The notes below the pieces were generated by a model. It had not been told where the DNA came from and searched no databases. It saw only the letters and a program-made list of their open reading frames with translations. This document shows, one piece after another, positions 27,016-35,741 of a stretch of DNA of 64,000 nt; position 1 is the first letter of the stretch, and the number at the start of each line of letters is the position of its first letter. The stretch lies in contig CAVOYH010000004.1 in NCBI GenBank assembly GCA_963700635.1, forward strand, positions 480,001 through 544,000, written 5' to 3'. Source of the DNA: an uncultured Bacteroidota bacterium (GTDB taxonomy: Bacteria > Bacteroidota > Ignavibacteria > UBA10030 > UBA6906). A program made the position numbers and the translations under genes.

Positions 27016-28314
27016 TCAGCCGGTTGATGCTGGTCTGCCCGGCGGTGAGTCCACAATCTGCTGTAATCGGCTGACCACCTGGATCATCGAACGCACGGTA
27101 TGGTAGTTGATTTTCCAGCCGTGTCCGAGCACTCCATCTATGACCTTCCCTTCGCGGGATACACGTTCGTACCATTCTCCCCCGCCTTCCATATTGACAA
27201 TGTGGGTGAACAGGAAATCCCAGACCTTCCGGAATGAAGTCCAGTACCGTTCCTCACCGAAGTGAATGTACCCATCCAGCAATCCGATAAGCACTTCCCC
27301 CTGCTGCCAGAACTGTTTTTGTGTATGGGTGGTCGGCGCTTGATCCGGTCCTTCGCAATAGACGCCGCCAAACTCGTGGTCAAAGCCGTAACGGAGACAG
27401 TGATCGCACATGTTTCGGAGTACCGCCGTATAGTGAGCCGGGTCCAGACCGAGGACTTCCGCTGCGTGCAGTAACAACCAGGCAAATTCAACGTTATGTC
27501 CGTATGAGGTAAAGTCCAGCGGATGGGTCGACCCGTCGTCGGGTGCGGCGTCACGTCCCCAGGCAGTAGCGAAGATTATTGCAGGCAGCGGACGAAAATC
27601 GTACGTAAACTGTGCATACCCAGTGCCGGATCCAGGGCGGAGCATCCGGGCGAGCAGCAGGTCGATAACCTCAAGAAGGCGGCGGCGATGGGTGGGATGG
27701 CCGGTCATTTCGTAGAATGTTGTTAGTGCCTCCATCATGTGCATATGCACATCCAGGCTTTTCCTGTCGCCACCAAAACGTCCGGGGCGTTCCGGTTGCC
27801 AATCCCGCTGCATGAGTTCGATGAACCCGCCGTGCCGGGTATCAACCATGTGCTCGCACACTACCCTGTAGGTCGCCTCCGCAGCGGTGCGGCCCCGCTC
27901 GTCGCCCGTTGCGAGGAAGTATTCACTAAATGCGTAGATTCCGAATGTATGACCGTATCCCACTTTCGCGGTGTTGGTCGGATTCCCCTCGCGGTCGGCT
28001 ATCCAGTACCAGCCTCCATGTTCCGCGTCCCAGTAATGATCAAGGATAAACGTGGCGGCCATTTCGGCCAGTTCCGCACAGCGCCCCTGGCCGTATCCCG
28101 CCCGGTGCGCGCTTGCCATCGTGTACAGCATCCGAATCTGAGAGAGGAACGTCTTTGTCGTCTCACCCGTGGGTTTGCCGTTCCGGTCGAAGTGTACAAG
28201 AAACCCCCCTGTTGACGGGTCAGGGGAGCGTTCCATCCAGAAGGGGAGCAGGGATTGCGTCAGATAGGATCGGGCATGGGTCAGAAGATCGGTAACGTCA
28301 GCTGTCGCGGGCAT
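27016..28314 (-). CDS. AGE family epimerase (cellobiose / N-acylglucosamine 2-epimerase-like)
   Basis: LLPFW, QIR, YWD..GG, HMHMMEA, SYGHNVE, FWQQGE, WK.NYH. Confidence 0.88.
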   Translation of the reverse strand: MPATADVTDLLTHARSYLTQSLLPFWMERSPDPSTGGFLVHFDRNGKPTGETTKTFLSQIRMLYTMASAHRAGYGQGRCAELAEMAATFILDHYWDAEHGGWYWIADREGNPTNTAKVGYGHTFGIYAFSEYFLATGDERGRTAAEATYRVVCEHMVDTRHGGFIELMQRDWQPERPGRFGGDRKSLDVHMHMMEALTTFYEMTGHPTHRRRLLEVIDLLLARMLRPGSGTGYAQFTYDFRPLPAIIFATAWGRDAAPDDGSTHPLDFTSYGHNVEFAWLLLHAAEVLGLDPAHYTAVLRNMCDHCLRYGFDHEFGGVYCEGPDQAPTTHTQKQFWQQGEVLIGLLDGYIHFGEERYWTSFRKVWDFLFTHIVNMEGGGEWYERVSREGKVIDGVLGHGWKINYHTVRSMIQVVSRLQQIVDSPPGRPASTG

Positions 28315-28466
28315 ACTCTCCTCCGGGTGATTGCCGTTTGGGTAAAACGGAACAGTACGCGATGGGAATTGAGGTACCGGGATGTGCGCATGCGGTACGT
28401 GTGTAAGATGCGTAACGCGAGATGCATTAGCAAGAGAGGTAGCGGAGCGAGGGCAGCGCTCAAACG

Positions 28467-28499
28467 AACAGGGGCCGGATGTGTGATCCGGCCCCTGTT
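28467..28499 (-). terminator. intrinsic terminator after yidB-like gene
   Basis: Perfect 14-bp stem AACAGGGGCCGGAT-N5-ATCCGGCCCCTGTT, T-rich tail on the minus strand. Confidence 0.75.
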
Positions 28500-28528
28500 G
28501 TGGAGCGTGAGGGTAATGCGTGTGTAGT

Positions 28529-28927
28529 CTACTTCATGAGCCCTTTCAGGAGCCCCATTCCCTGCGACATGATGTCACCCTGCGGGATTTTTCCGCCCGC
28601 GGTGAGTTTATCAACCACGTCGGGAAGAAGTTTGGACAACTGGGATGTCACGTCGCCGGGAGCCATCCCTGCAGTTGTTGCAAGGTCCGTGATCGTCTTC
28701 GTCCCAAAGCCCTTCTCCACCTGCTGAGGTGTGATCGGGAGGTTCGTCCCGGTACTTATCCACGAATTGACGATGTCGCCCAGCCCCTGTCCCGCAAATT
28801 GTTTCACAAGGCCTTCAATCCCGCCGCTCTTCGGGTTTCCGATAAGTCCCATGACTGCAGTAATCAGCTGACTCTGTGAGCCGCCTCCGCCCATAACCTG
28901 TCCGGCGATGCTTTCGAGTATTCCCAT
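28529..28927 (-). CDS. YidB/DUF937 family protein
   Basis: GGIEGLVKQF..GLGDIVNSWISTG.N.PI...LLPDVVDKLT. Confidence 0.88.
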   Translation of the reverse strand: MGILESIAGQVMGGGGSQSQLITAVMGLIGNPKSGGIEGLVKQFAGQGLGDIVNSWISTGTNLPITPQQVEKGFGTKTITDLATTAGMAPGDVTSQLSKLLPDVVDKLTAGGKIPQGDIMSQGMGLLKGLMK

Positions 28928-28991
28928 AATATCTCCTTTTGTGATCGGTTAAAAAAGTAAGTTGTCATTCAGAACGTTACCTCTCCGCGCA

Positions 28992-29022
28992 AGGAGCCTC
29001 CGGCGGGGCCGGAGGCGCTCCT
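28992..29022 (-). terminator. GC-rich hairpin after the OmpA gene (terminator or mRNA stabiliser)
   Basis: AGGAGCCTCCGGC-GGG-GCCGGAGGCGCTCCT; weak U tract. Confidence 0.4.
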
Positions 29023-29033
29023 GGCGGATAGAA

Positions 29034-30554
29034 CTATTTCGTGCGATAGAACTCGATACGTCTGTTCTGCGCACGACCTTCAGGCGTCGAGTTGTCCGCA
29101 ATCGGGTTCTCGGGGCCATATCCGTTCACCGCGATGCGGCCGGGTGCGATCCCCTTCATCACAAGCCACGCCTTGACGGTTTCTGCACGGCGTAAAGAAA
29201 GGTTTTTGTTGCTCGCCACCCTGCCCACGTTATCGGTGTAGCCGCGAATCTCTACGGCAATGGTCGGATTGTCATTGAGGGTGTTGAGTGCATCCATCAG
29301 ATTCTCCTCGGATGCCTGTTCGATGGTAGACTTGCCGGACCCGAATACGATTCCTTCGAGCACGATAGCCTTCCCAACCTCTATCGCCTGGATGGCCTTC
29401 TTCGGGACGTCGTCCTTCGGATCAAGAGGGTTCTTGCCTTTGGCAATTTCCTGGCCATCACTGACGGTGCCACCATCGGTATCTGCCTTGAGGGGACTGG
29501 TGCGATATTTGACTACTTCGTCGCTATCACTCAGGCCATCTCCATCGGTGTCGGCTTTCAGGGGGTCCGTCAGGTATTGTGAGACTTCCTCTCCATCGTT
29601 CAAGCCATCAGCATCAGTGTCTGCTTTTAACGGGTCGGTGTGATGTTTGTGGATCTCATCACCGTCCTTAAGCTTGTCACCATCAGTGTCAGCGTTTACA
29701 GGGGAGGTATGGAATGTAATAACTTCCTCGCCATCCAGCAGGCCGTCCATATCGGTGTCCGCGACCTTCGGGTCGGTGTTGTGCTTTGCCAGCTCTTCGT
29801 AGTCAGTCAGACCGTCACCATCGGTGTCCGGCTTGTTCATATCGGTACCGATGGATTTCTCGTACCCGTTTGTCAGGAGGTCGCCGTCAGTATCATCATC
29901 GTCGCTGTCGCCGAGATAGAAGTTGACACCCAACCGGCCTGTGGGGTACCAATCGGTTCCCAGAAAATTTTCGGTGCCGGTTGTAAAATTATCGGTATTC
30001 TTGTCCATGATGCGAGCGCCGAGGTCCACGGAAAGAGCCACGCCCCTGGAGAGCGCGATTTCCATACCGACTCCGACCGGGACATGAATCGAAGTGTAAT
30101 TGTCCTCCGCGGGCCAGCCTTTGTCACCTGCGATCGTTCGCTTATAGGAGATCATGCCTACGCCCATATAGATATACGGCGCAACAGTCTTGCCGGCATT
30201 CAGGTGGAACCATGCAACAAGGTCACCGCTCATCCCTTTTGCCGAGAGGTAGGAATTCTGAAGAGCGATCGGGGCCTGGGGCACATTGGACTCTTTTGAG
30301 GTAAGCTCATCCCACCCGCCCATCAGACCAAGCGAGAAATCACGCGTGAATGAATAACGCAGGAACGCGTCTCCGCCTGCGGTGATCGTCCGGGTGTCGA
30401 AATCATTGACCCACATGTTTCCTCCACCCTGGACCCCGAAGGACCAGCGGCCGGAATGGTTAAACCAGCCCGGACTCTGTGGAGGGGCCACCTGTGCGAG
30501 GCCAAAAGTGGCTATCAGGGGCAGCAGAAAGAGAGCAGAAGAAAGTCTTTTCAT
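29034..30554 (-). CDS. OmpA family outer-membrane protein: beta-barrel + TSP3-like Ca-binding repeats + OmpA_C
   Basis: Signal peptide from ATG 30554, barrel strands, DTDGDG repeats, GYTDNVG..N..LS.RRA..V, NRRIE. Confidence 0.9.
   Translation of the reverse strand: MKRLSSALFLLPLIATFGLAQVAPPQSPGWFNHSGRWSFGVQGGGNMWVNDFDTRTITAGGDAFLRYSFTRDFSLGLMGGWDELTSKESNVPQAPIALQNSYLSAKGMSGDLVAWFHLNAGKTVAPYIYMGVGMISYKRTIAGDKGWPAEDNYTSIHVPVGVGMEIALSRGVALSVDLGARIMDKNTDNFTTGTENFLGTDWYPTGRLGVNFYLGDSDDDDTDGDLLTNGYEKSIGTDMNKPDTDGDGLTDYEELAKHNTDPKVADTDMDGLLDGEEVITFHTSPVNADTDGDKLKDGDEIHKHHTDPLKADTDADGLNDGEEVSQYLTDPLKADTDGDGLSDSDEVVKYRTSPLKADTDGGTVSDGQEIAKGKNPLDPKDDVPKKAIQAIEVGKAIVLEGIVFGSGKSTIEQASEENLMDALNTLNDNPTIAVEIRGYTDNVGRVASNKNLSLRRAETVKAWLVMKGIAPGRIAVNGYGPENPIADNSTPEGRAQNRRIEFYRTK
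29418..29894 (-). repeat. seven tandem ~23-aa (69-bp) DTDxDGLxDxxE...TxP repeats within the OmpA gene
   Basis: Direct reading of the translation; degenerate at DNA level. Confidence 0.85.
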
Positions 30555-30683
30555 AGATTTACTCCAATGTGTGATAAGATAGTTCATTGTCACGCTTTGC
30601 GTGGTCGGTTCGTCTACCCCGGATGCTCAAACGGGTCGGCGAGCCTCTTTGGGATTAGTCATGTGACCGATCATTGTATATAT

Positions 30684-30699
30684 TGCGAAACCCGTGCCA
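30684..30699 (-). promoter_or_regulatory. sigma54 -24/-12 promoter for OmpA/TSP3 (and probably yidB)
   Basis: Minus strand TGGCACGGGTTTCGCA, GG-N10-GC. Confidence 0.8.
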
Positions 30700-30795
30700 T
30701 GATTCTAGTCAAGAACGGGGAATTGCTAATGTGTTTATTAATAACAGGTTATCGGATCTTTTCCAGACGGCTACCGGTTGAGATGCTTGAAATGT

Positions 30796-30831
30796 CCCAC
30801 GATATATAGCGGTCTCACGATATATCGTGGG
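30796..30831. promoter_or_regulatory. tandem palindromic enhancer (UAS) candidate
   Basis: Imperfect CCCACGATATATAGCGG plus perfect 14-bp palindrome CACGATATATCGTG (30816-30829), about 100-130 bp upstream of the -24 box with an AT-rich spacer. Confidence 0.7.
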
Positions 30832-30877
30832 ATTCGTGGGTGACGAGAGTAGTGTAGATCGTGGGGGTGGGGGATTG

Positions 30878-32653
30878 TCAGGAAACCGGGTGGAATCCGC
30901 TTTCTGTTCTCTCTATTCCCAGTTTCTTGATCCGGCTTCTGAGGGTTGCGGGTTTGAGGCCCAGAGCAGCAGCCGCACCACGGGGTCCTTCGATTACGCC
31001 GCCGCATTCTTCCAGCGTACGGAGAAGGTGCTGGCGCGCCATCTCGTCATACGTCTGTTTTTTGTTGCCCGTTTGATGCTGCACATGAACAAGCGCGAGT
31101 TGACTTTCTTCGAGGGTATTTCCTTCGCATACAATCATGGCGCGTTCGATAACATTTGCCAGCTCCCTTACGTTTCCCGGCCAGCTGTAGCCCATCAGAG
31201 TGCGCATGGCCTTTGGATCGACAGAGGTAACGTGCTTGTTGGTCCGGCGCGCAAAAAGACGCAAGAAATGTTCGGTGAGCAGCGGTATCTCCTCCGTACG
31301 ATTTCGAAGGGGGGGGATATGAAGGGGAAAGACGTTCAGTCGGAACAGCAGGTCTTCACGGAATCGCCCTGCCTTCACTTCTTCGTTGAGATCACGATTC
31401 GTGGCGGCGACGACCCGGGTATTGATCCTGATGGCATGCGTCCCGCCGACGCGCTCAAATTCCTGCTCCTGCAGGACCCTCAGAAGAGTCGACTGGGTGG
31501 GGAGTGGCAGCTCTCCGATTTCGTCCAGGAATACAGTCCCTCCGTCTGCAAGCTCAAAACGACCGATACGTTTCTGCAGAGCGCCTGTAAAAGCTCCCTT
31601 CTCGTGCCCGAAGAGTTCGCTTTCGACGAGATTTGCAGGAAGTGCCGCGCAGTTGACTGTAACAAGCAGTTTCTTGCTGCGATTGCTCAACCGGTGGATC
31701 TCTCTCGCGACCAGTTCCTTGCCCGTGCCCGTCTCTCCCGTGATCAGTACCGTCGTGTCCGTGACGGCAACCTTGGCAAGATCTTTCATGAGAGCCTTCG
31801 TCGCAGGGGAGGATCCGACAATTTCAGACGTCCCCTGGTTTGTACTCAGGACTTCATGCAGTGTCAGGTTTTCGGTTTCAAGTTTTGAAATCCGGGCTTC
31901 GGCCTGTTTCTGTTCTCGGAGATCACGCCCGAGATACACGACGCCGTGTACAACATGTTCCCCGGTGTCGAGCGGGGCACGCGTGAAACTGACAGGGATA
32001 GCGGTGCCGTCTTTTGAAAGGCAACGTAACTCGGTAGGAATGGACTCCCAGCTTATCTTCGTCCCTCTGGCAATACGCTCATCCGGGAGCAAATCCGTAA
32101 TAGGCCGGCCGACAAGTTCAGGGTCCGTAAAATCTGTCAGCGTGAGGGTGGCACGGTTTACGGCACTGATGACACCGTCGGCGGATGTAACAATGAGCAT
32201 GTCGGCCATTGCATCGAAAATATTTTCTATAAAGGCCTTCGAGGCGGTCATTGCGTGCATCAATAACAACGCGTCAATCGAAGTCTGTGTTCGCTTCTGA
32301 ATCTCCTCCATCCATTCCGTCACATCCTCGACGATCAACACTAGCGAATCTGTTGACCTGGTATCGCGGGATACGGTGACCGTAATATAGAGAGGGGGAG
32401 TGTTATCATGCGGACGGGAGATGCCGCGGATGATCAGGGAACGGCGGTCGGCGCTGAGGACGTCCGCGAGATCGTCCTCTGTGCCCACAAGCTCCGGAAA
32501 AGCGAGACGGACGTCATTGCCCACAGTCACCGCGCTTGGATCATCCGCAAGCCTGGCAGCGTGTTCGGAGATCCCCGTGATCAACAGAGCCCTGTCGAGC
32601 ATCACGAACTCGACCACCCTCGGGCGGAACATACTGTCAATCGTGAGATCCAT
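30878..32653 (-). CDS. PAS-PAS sigma54-dependent activator (FhlA-like AAA+ and HTH)
   Basis: GETGTGKE, ESELFGHEKGAFTGA, FLDEIGE, WPGNVREL, GPRGAAAALGL; PAS motif VNRATLTLTDFT..ELVGRPI; start probably ATG 32653. Confidence 0.92.
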   Translation of the reverse strand: MDLTIDSMFRPRVVEFVMLDRALLITGISEHAARLADDPSAVTVGNDVRLAFPELVGTEDDLADVLSADRRSLIIRGISRPHDNTPPLYITVTVSRDTRSTDSLVLIVEDVTEWMEEIQKRTQTSIDALLLMHAMTASKAFIENIFDAMADMLIVTSADGVISAVNRATLTLTDFTDPELVGRPITDLLPDERIARGTKISWESIPTELRCLSKDGTAIPVSFTRAPLDTGEHVVHGVVYLGRDLREQKQAEARISKLETENLTLHEVLSTNQGTSEIVGSSPATKALMKDLAKVAVTDTTVLITGETGTGKELVAREIHRLSNRSKKLLVTVNCAALPANLVESELFGHEKGAFTGALQKRIGRFELADGGTVFLDEIGELPLPTQSTLLRVLQEQEFERVGGTHAIRINTRVVAATNRDLNEEVKAGRFREDLLFRLNVFPLHIPPLRNRTEEIPLLTEHFLRLFARRTNKHVTSVDPKAMRTLMGYSWPGNVRELANVIERAMIVCEGNTLEESQLALVHVQHQTGNKKQTYDEMARQHLLRTLEECGGVIEGPRGAAAALGLKPATLRSRIKKLGIERTESGFHPVS

Positions 32654-33176
32654 TTCCCATGTCCCTGAGAAGGTGGGATCCGAGCTGTATGAAGAGCTCA
32701 TCAACGCCTTCTCCTGATTTTGCGGATGTATGATGCGTTGCCAACACCCCGGTGTTGTCTCCCGAGATGTCGATCATCGCATCATTCTGCGCGTCGCCCT
32801 GCAGATCCATCTTGTTCAGCGCGACAACAATCCGCCCGGTCGGATTGATCCGCCTGAAACGGCCAACATGACCCCGGATCTCTTCAACCGTGGAGGGCCG
32901 GGTGAGATCTCCCACAATAACTGCTCCCCGGGCTCCTTTGAGATAGGTCGAAGAAATATCGAGCCATGTGTGGCCCCCCTCAAGATCCCACAAAACAAGC
33001 TGAAGATCGTCCTCCCGGCCGCTCTCTGGCGCCGGAATCCGAAGCAGCTTCCGGCTGATTTTTACCCCCACCGTCGAGAGATAGGCGTCGCTGAATGAGC
33101 GGTCGACAAAACGCCGGATCAGGCTTGTTTTTCCGACCGAAACCTCTCCCAGAATGCACACTTTTGCGAGTTTCAT
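32637..33176 (-). CDS. Rab/Ras-like small GTPase (Rup-type)
   Basis: 179 aa; G1 GEVSVGKT, G2 YLSTVG, G3 WDLEG, G4 NKMD, G5 TSAK; no C-terminal prenylation Cys. Confidence 0.93.
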   Translation of the reverse strand: MKLAKVCILGEVSVGKTSLIRRFVDRSFSDAYLSTVGVKISRKLLRIPAPESGREDDLQLVLWDLEGGHTWLDISSTYLKGARGAVIVGDLTRPSTVEEIRGHVGRFRRINPTGRIVVALNKMDLQGDAQNDAMIDISGDNTGVLATHHTSAKSGEGVDELFIQLGSHLLRDMGNGSHD

Positions 33177-35056
33177 TGGCGACGGACTGAATCGGGTGAG
33201 AGGAGTGTGAACCTGACACAGCGGCTGAGGCTGTCCTGGGCGACAGGCGTGCTCCCTGGAGGCGGAGCGGGATTTCCCTCTACGATCATTCGGGCCGCCG
33301 GAATGCCGGACCGGAGCAGGACAGCCTGAGCGGCCCGTGCCCGTCCGAGGGCGATCCGCTGATTTCCGGATCTGTCGCCCGAGAGATCACTGTGCCCGAT
33401 AATACGTAACGTTGACCATGGCGTTTCTTCCACAATGTCGTGGACCTGCTTCAGAACGGCATGTCCTGCGGGACCGACCTCGATGGAATTCACATCGAAC
33501 AATAATCGTGGTGCAATGTCATTCCGACCCGGGGAAACCAGGTGCTGGAACGATCGCAGCCCGGGAAGGTCGGCGAACGTTCGTCTGATATTCTCCGCCG
33601 TTGAGGAATCCGGCGCGATGCCCGAGACAATGAGCTCCGGTCCTTTCCACTGAACGTCAAGATACACGCCGTCCATGGTGTTTAATGCCGACGTAATCGC
33701 CCCCGTGCTCGTGGTGAGCAGAACCGGAAAAGGAGGAGCAGGTCCCGGGGCAATGTGGTTTTCGATAAGCGGAGCGGGTGGTCCGATGCCGGCTGCCAAT
33801 CCGGCCCTCTCACGCTGATACTCATTCGCGACAGATCCCGTAAGACGGAGGACACCCCGGTTTGCCTCAACGGTGACATCTCTGAACGATACGGAGTCTG
33901 TCGCGCGCAGAACGGCCATGGTTCGGATTTCAGTGTTCCGGTCGGTGTTATTGCGATAAAGATACACCCCCAGGGGGATGCAGGCCGCGATGAGGAGAAG
34001 CAGTCCCACGGCGATCACAGCACGCGGTTTGGAACTTCGCCGTGCGGGTGTCGAACCGTATGAGCCCCTGACGAGCTTCTCCATGGAGTGCCCCACACTG
34101 TCGGGGACCCGGGTTACATCGCCAACAAACTCTGCAATATGCTCACCGGGCAGCTGGACGATCATGCTCACAGTCTCGCGTAGCTGTGTGCGGAACGCTT
34201 CATTGGGAATGCCCCGGAGCACTGCAGCCACATAACAGGTTCCTGCACCCTCGAGCACAATTCTGGATTCCCCGTATTCGATCTGGTCCAGTTCGCGGGC
34301 ACTTCTCCCGGTGTTCATTGACTCGTTAAACAGGCTCCGGATTGCCGTGAGCATTCCCGACAGGAGATCGGAGTCAAGGGCCGGAGCCTCCTGATTCTGG
34401 GACTGGGCAATAACGAGACCGGATGCTTTGTGAATAAGAAACGCCGCGTCCACCGTGCACCAGAGGGAGTCGCGAAGCAGGAGTTCCGCTTCGGAAACCC
34501 CTGTGACGCGGGAGCGGATCTTACGAGAAATTGCGCCGAGGCTGAGATGGGATTCGATTCTCTCATTCATCCTCTCAACAAGCGTGTTAAGAGTTTCTGA
34601 GAGATACTTGGATATCGTGCTGCCGATGACAGGATAGAGGGCATCGATCACCGCATCCCGTTCACTGCGGATTTGCTCTTTAATCGCTGCGCCGACCAAC
34701 GGGGCGAGATCGCGGGCAGCCGATGCAGGCGTGTTCGCATAATGAATAGCGATTGCCTCTGTGCTGGCAGGTGCCAGGGCCTGCGTCATGGCTGTCCGGT
34801 CCTGCTCAATCTTCTCACGGATTGCCTGGTCAAGGAGGGGGGTGACAGTCTTGAGTATCGCCAGACTCGTGGCCGGGTCACGGCGCCGGATCATCTCTAC
34901 AAGGACCGGTTCCAGAAGCCGGGAGAGCTGGACGGGATCCTGGACCTGACGCTGGAGAGCCTCAAGATCCTGCTGAAGGGTGTTGAGGGAGGTAACTTCC
35001 GGGGTGAGCAGAAGCTCCCGCAGCTGCTGGAACTCTGACGGCACTGCCATCAGCAA
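33173..35056 (-). CDS. membrane protein: helical region + longin/roadblock-like domain + TM + BON + OmpA_C
   Basis: AFLIHKASGLVI...DSDLLSGMLTAIRS segment; TM AVIAVGLLLLIAACIPLGVYLY; BON-like LTGSV; OmpA GHSD..G....N..IA..RA. Confidence 0.8.
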   Translation of the reverse strand: MLMAVPSEFQQLRELLLTPEVTSLNTLQQDLEALQRQVQDPVQLSRLLEPVLVEMIRRRDPATSLAILKTVTPLLDQAIREKIEQDRTAMTQALAPASTEAIAIHYANTPASAARDLAPLVGAAIKEQIRSERDAVIDALYPVIGSTISKYLSETLNTLVERMNERIESHLSLGAISRKIRSRVTGVSEAELLLRDSLWCTVDAAFLIHKASGLVIAQSQNQEAPALDSDLLSGMLTAIRSLFNESMNTGRSARELDQIEYGESRIVLEGAGTCYVAAVLRGIPNEAFRTQLRETVSMIVQLPGEHIAEFVGDVTRVPDSVGHSMEKLVRGSYGSTPARRSSKPRAVIAVGLLLLIAACIPLGVYLYRNNTDRNTEIRTMAVLRATDSVSFRDVTVEANRGVLRLTGSVANEYQRERAGLAAGIGPPAPLIENHIAPGPAPPFPVLLTTSTGAITSALNTMDGVYLDVQWKGPELIVSGIAPDSSTAENIRRTFADLPGLRSFQHLVSPGRNDIAPRLLFDVNSIEVGPAGHAVLKQVHDIVEETPWSTLRIIGHSDLSGDRSGNQRIALGRARAAQAVLLRSGIPAARMIVEGNPAPPPGSTPVAQDSLSRCVRFTLLSPDSVRRQ

Positions 35057-35566
35057 TCACCTGCCTGATTTTCTGCCAACGGCGTTTGTAAGTTCTTCGA
35101 GGATTTTCACACCTTTGAGTTTCGCAGCCAGTTCCTGAAGGAGATCCGCCATCGCTTCTCTGGAGACATTGGTGTCCCTCAGATCAGCCACCCGCTGCTG
35201 CAGCTCCTCCCTGAAATGCTCTTTCAGGAGAACCATCTCCGACCGGTGCTTCGTCTTGGTGCCAGCAAGTTCTTCCTGGACTGATGAAAGGGAGGTTTCC
35301 AACTGTTGGATCTTCGAGGATAGCTCCGTCCGAACTAACGATTGAGACTGGTCGATGAGTTTCTGAAGTCTGGCTCCTTCTTCGTGCAGTTCATCGAGCA
35401 GCTTCCGGGCAGAAGTGCGGGACTCCTCCTGGAATCGATCTAGTTCTGCCACAATCTCTTCAAATCGCTGGTCGTTCCGTCGTTTTTGCGGACCGAGGAT
35501 AATATCCCGGATCTGATCGATGTGGTCAGGAACGTTCTGGGATGATTCGTTTGGCGGCTTCGCCAT
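35057..35566 (-). CDS. coiled-coil protein, first gene of the GTPase operon
   Basis: DQIRDIILG N-terminal motif, heptad-rich, abuts the next gene; GGAG RBS. Confidence 0.75.
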   Translation of the reverse strand: MAKPPNESSQNVPDHIDQIRDIILGPQKRRNDQRFEEIVAELDRFQEESRTSARKLLDELHEEGARLQKLIDQSQSLVRTELSSKIQQLETSLSSVQEELAGTKTKHRSEMVLLKEHFREELQQRVADLRDTNVSREAMADLLQELAAKLKGVKILEELTNAVGRKSGR

Positions 35567-35741
35567 TCAAGATCTCCAAAAAAGGTGACGGGCGGGTTAT
35601 AACGGTGGGTGGCCGGCTGTTACCGCTGCTCCACATCGTTTATAGTACCTATTCTGCCCTTGATTATCAAGATTCGGTCCTCACCCGGATGCAGGGACGC
35701 GGAAAGTGGCCCGTTCCGGCCAACGCTGCGGTGTAGAGGGA

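Noticed and set aside
29418-29894. Possible CRISPR array or DNA tandem repeat
   Set aside because: The repeats are in-frame, conserved at protein level (TSP3-like) and degenerate in DNA. There are no identical repeats with spacers and no cas genes.
30827-32300. Long + strand ORFs (353 aa and 304 aa)
   Set aside because: They are antisense shadows of the conserved sigma54 activator with no motifs of their own.
35659-35671. CTTGATTATCAAG palindrome upstream of the GTPase operon as an FNR site
   Set aside because: The spacer is 1 bp rather than the 4 bp of TTGAT-N4-ATCAA, and a single short palindrome could arise by chance.
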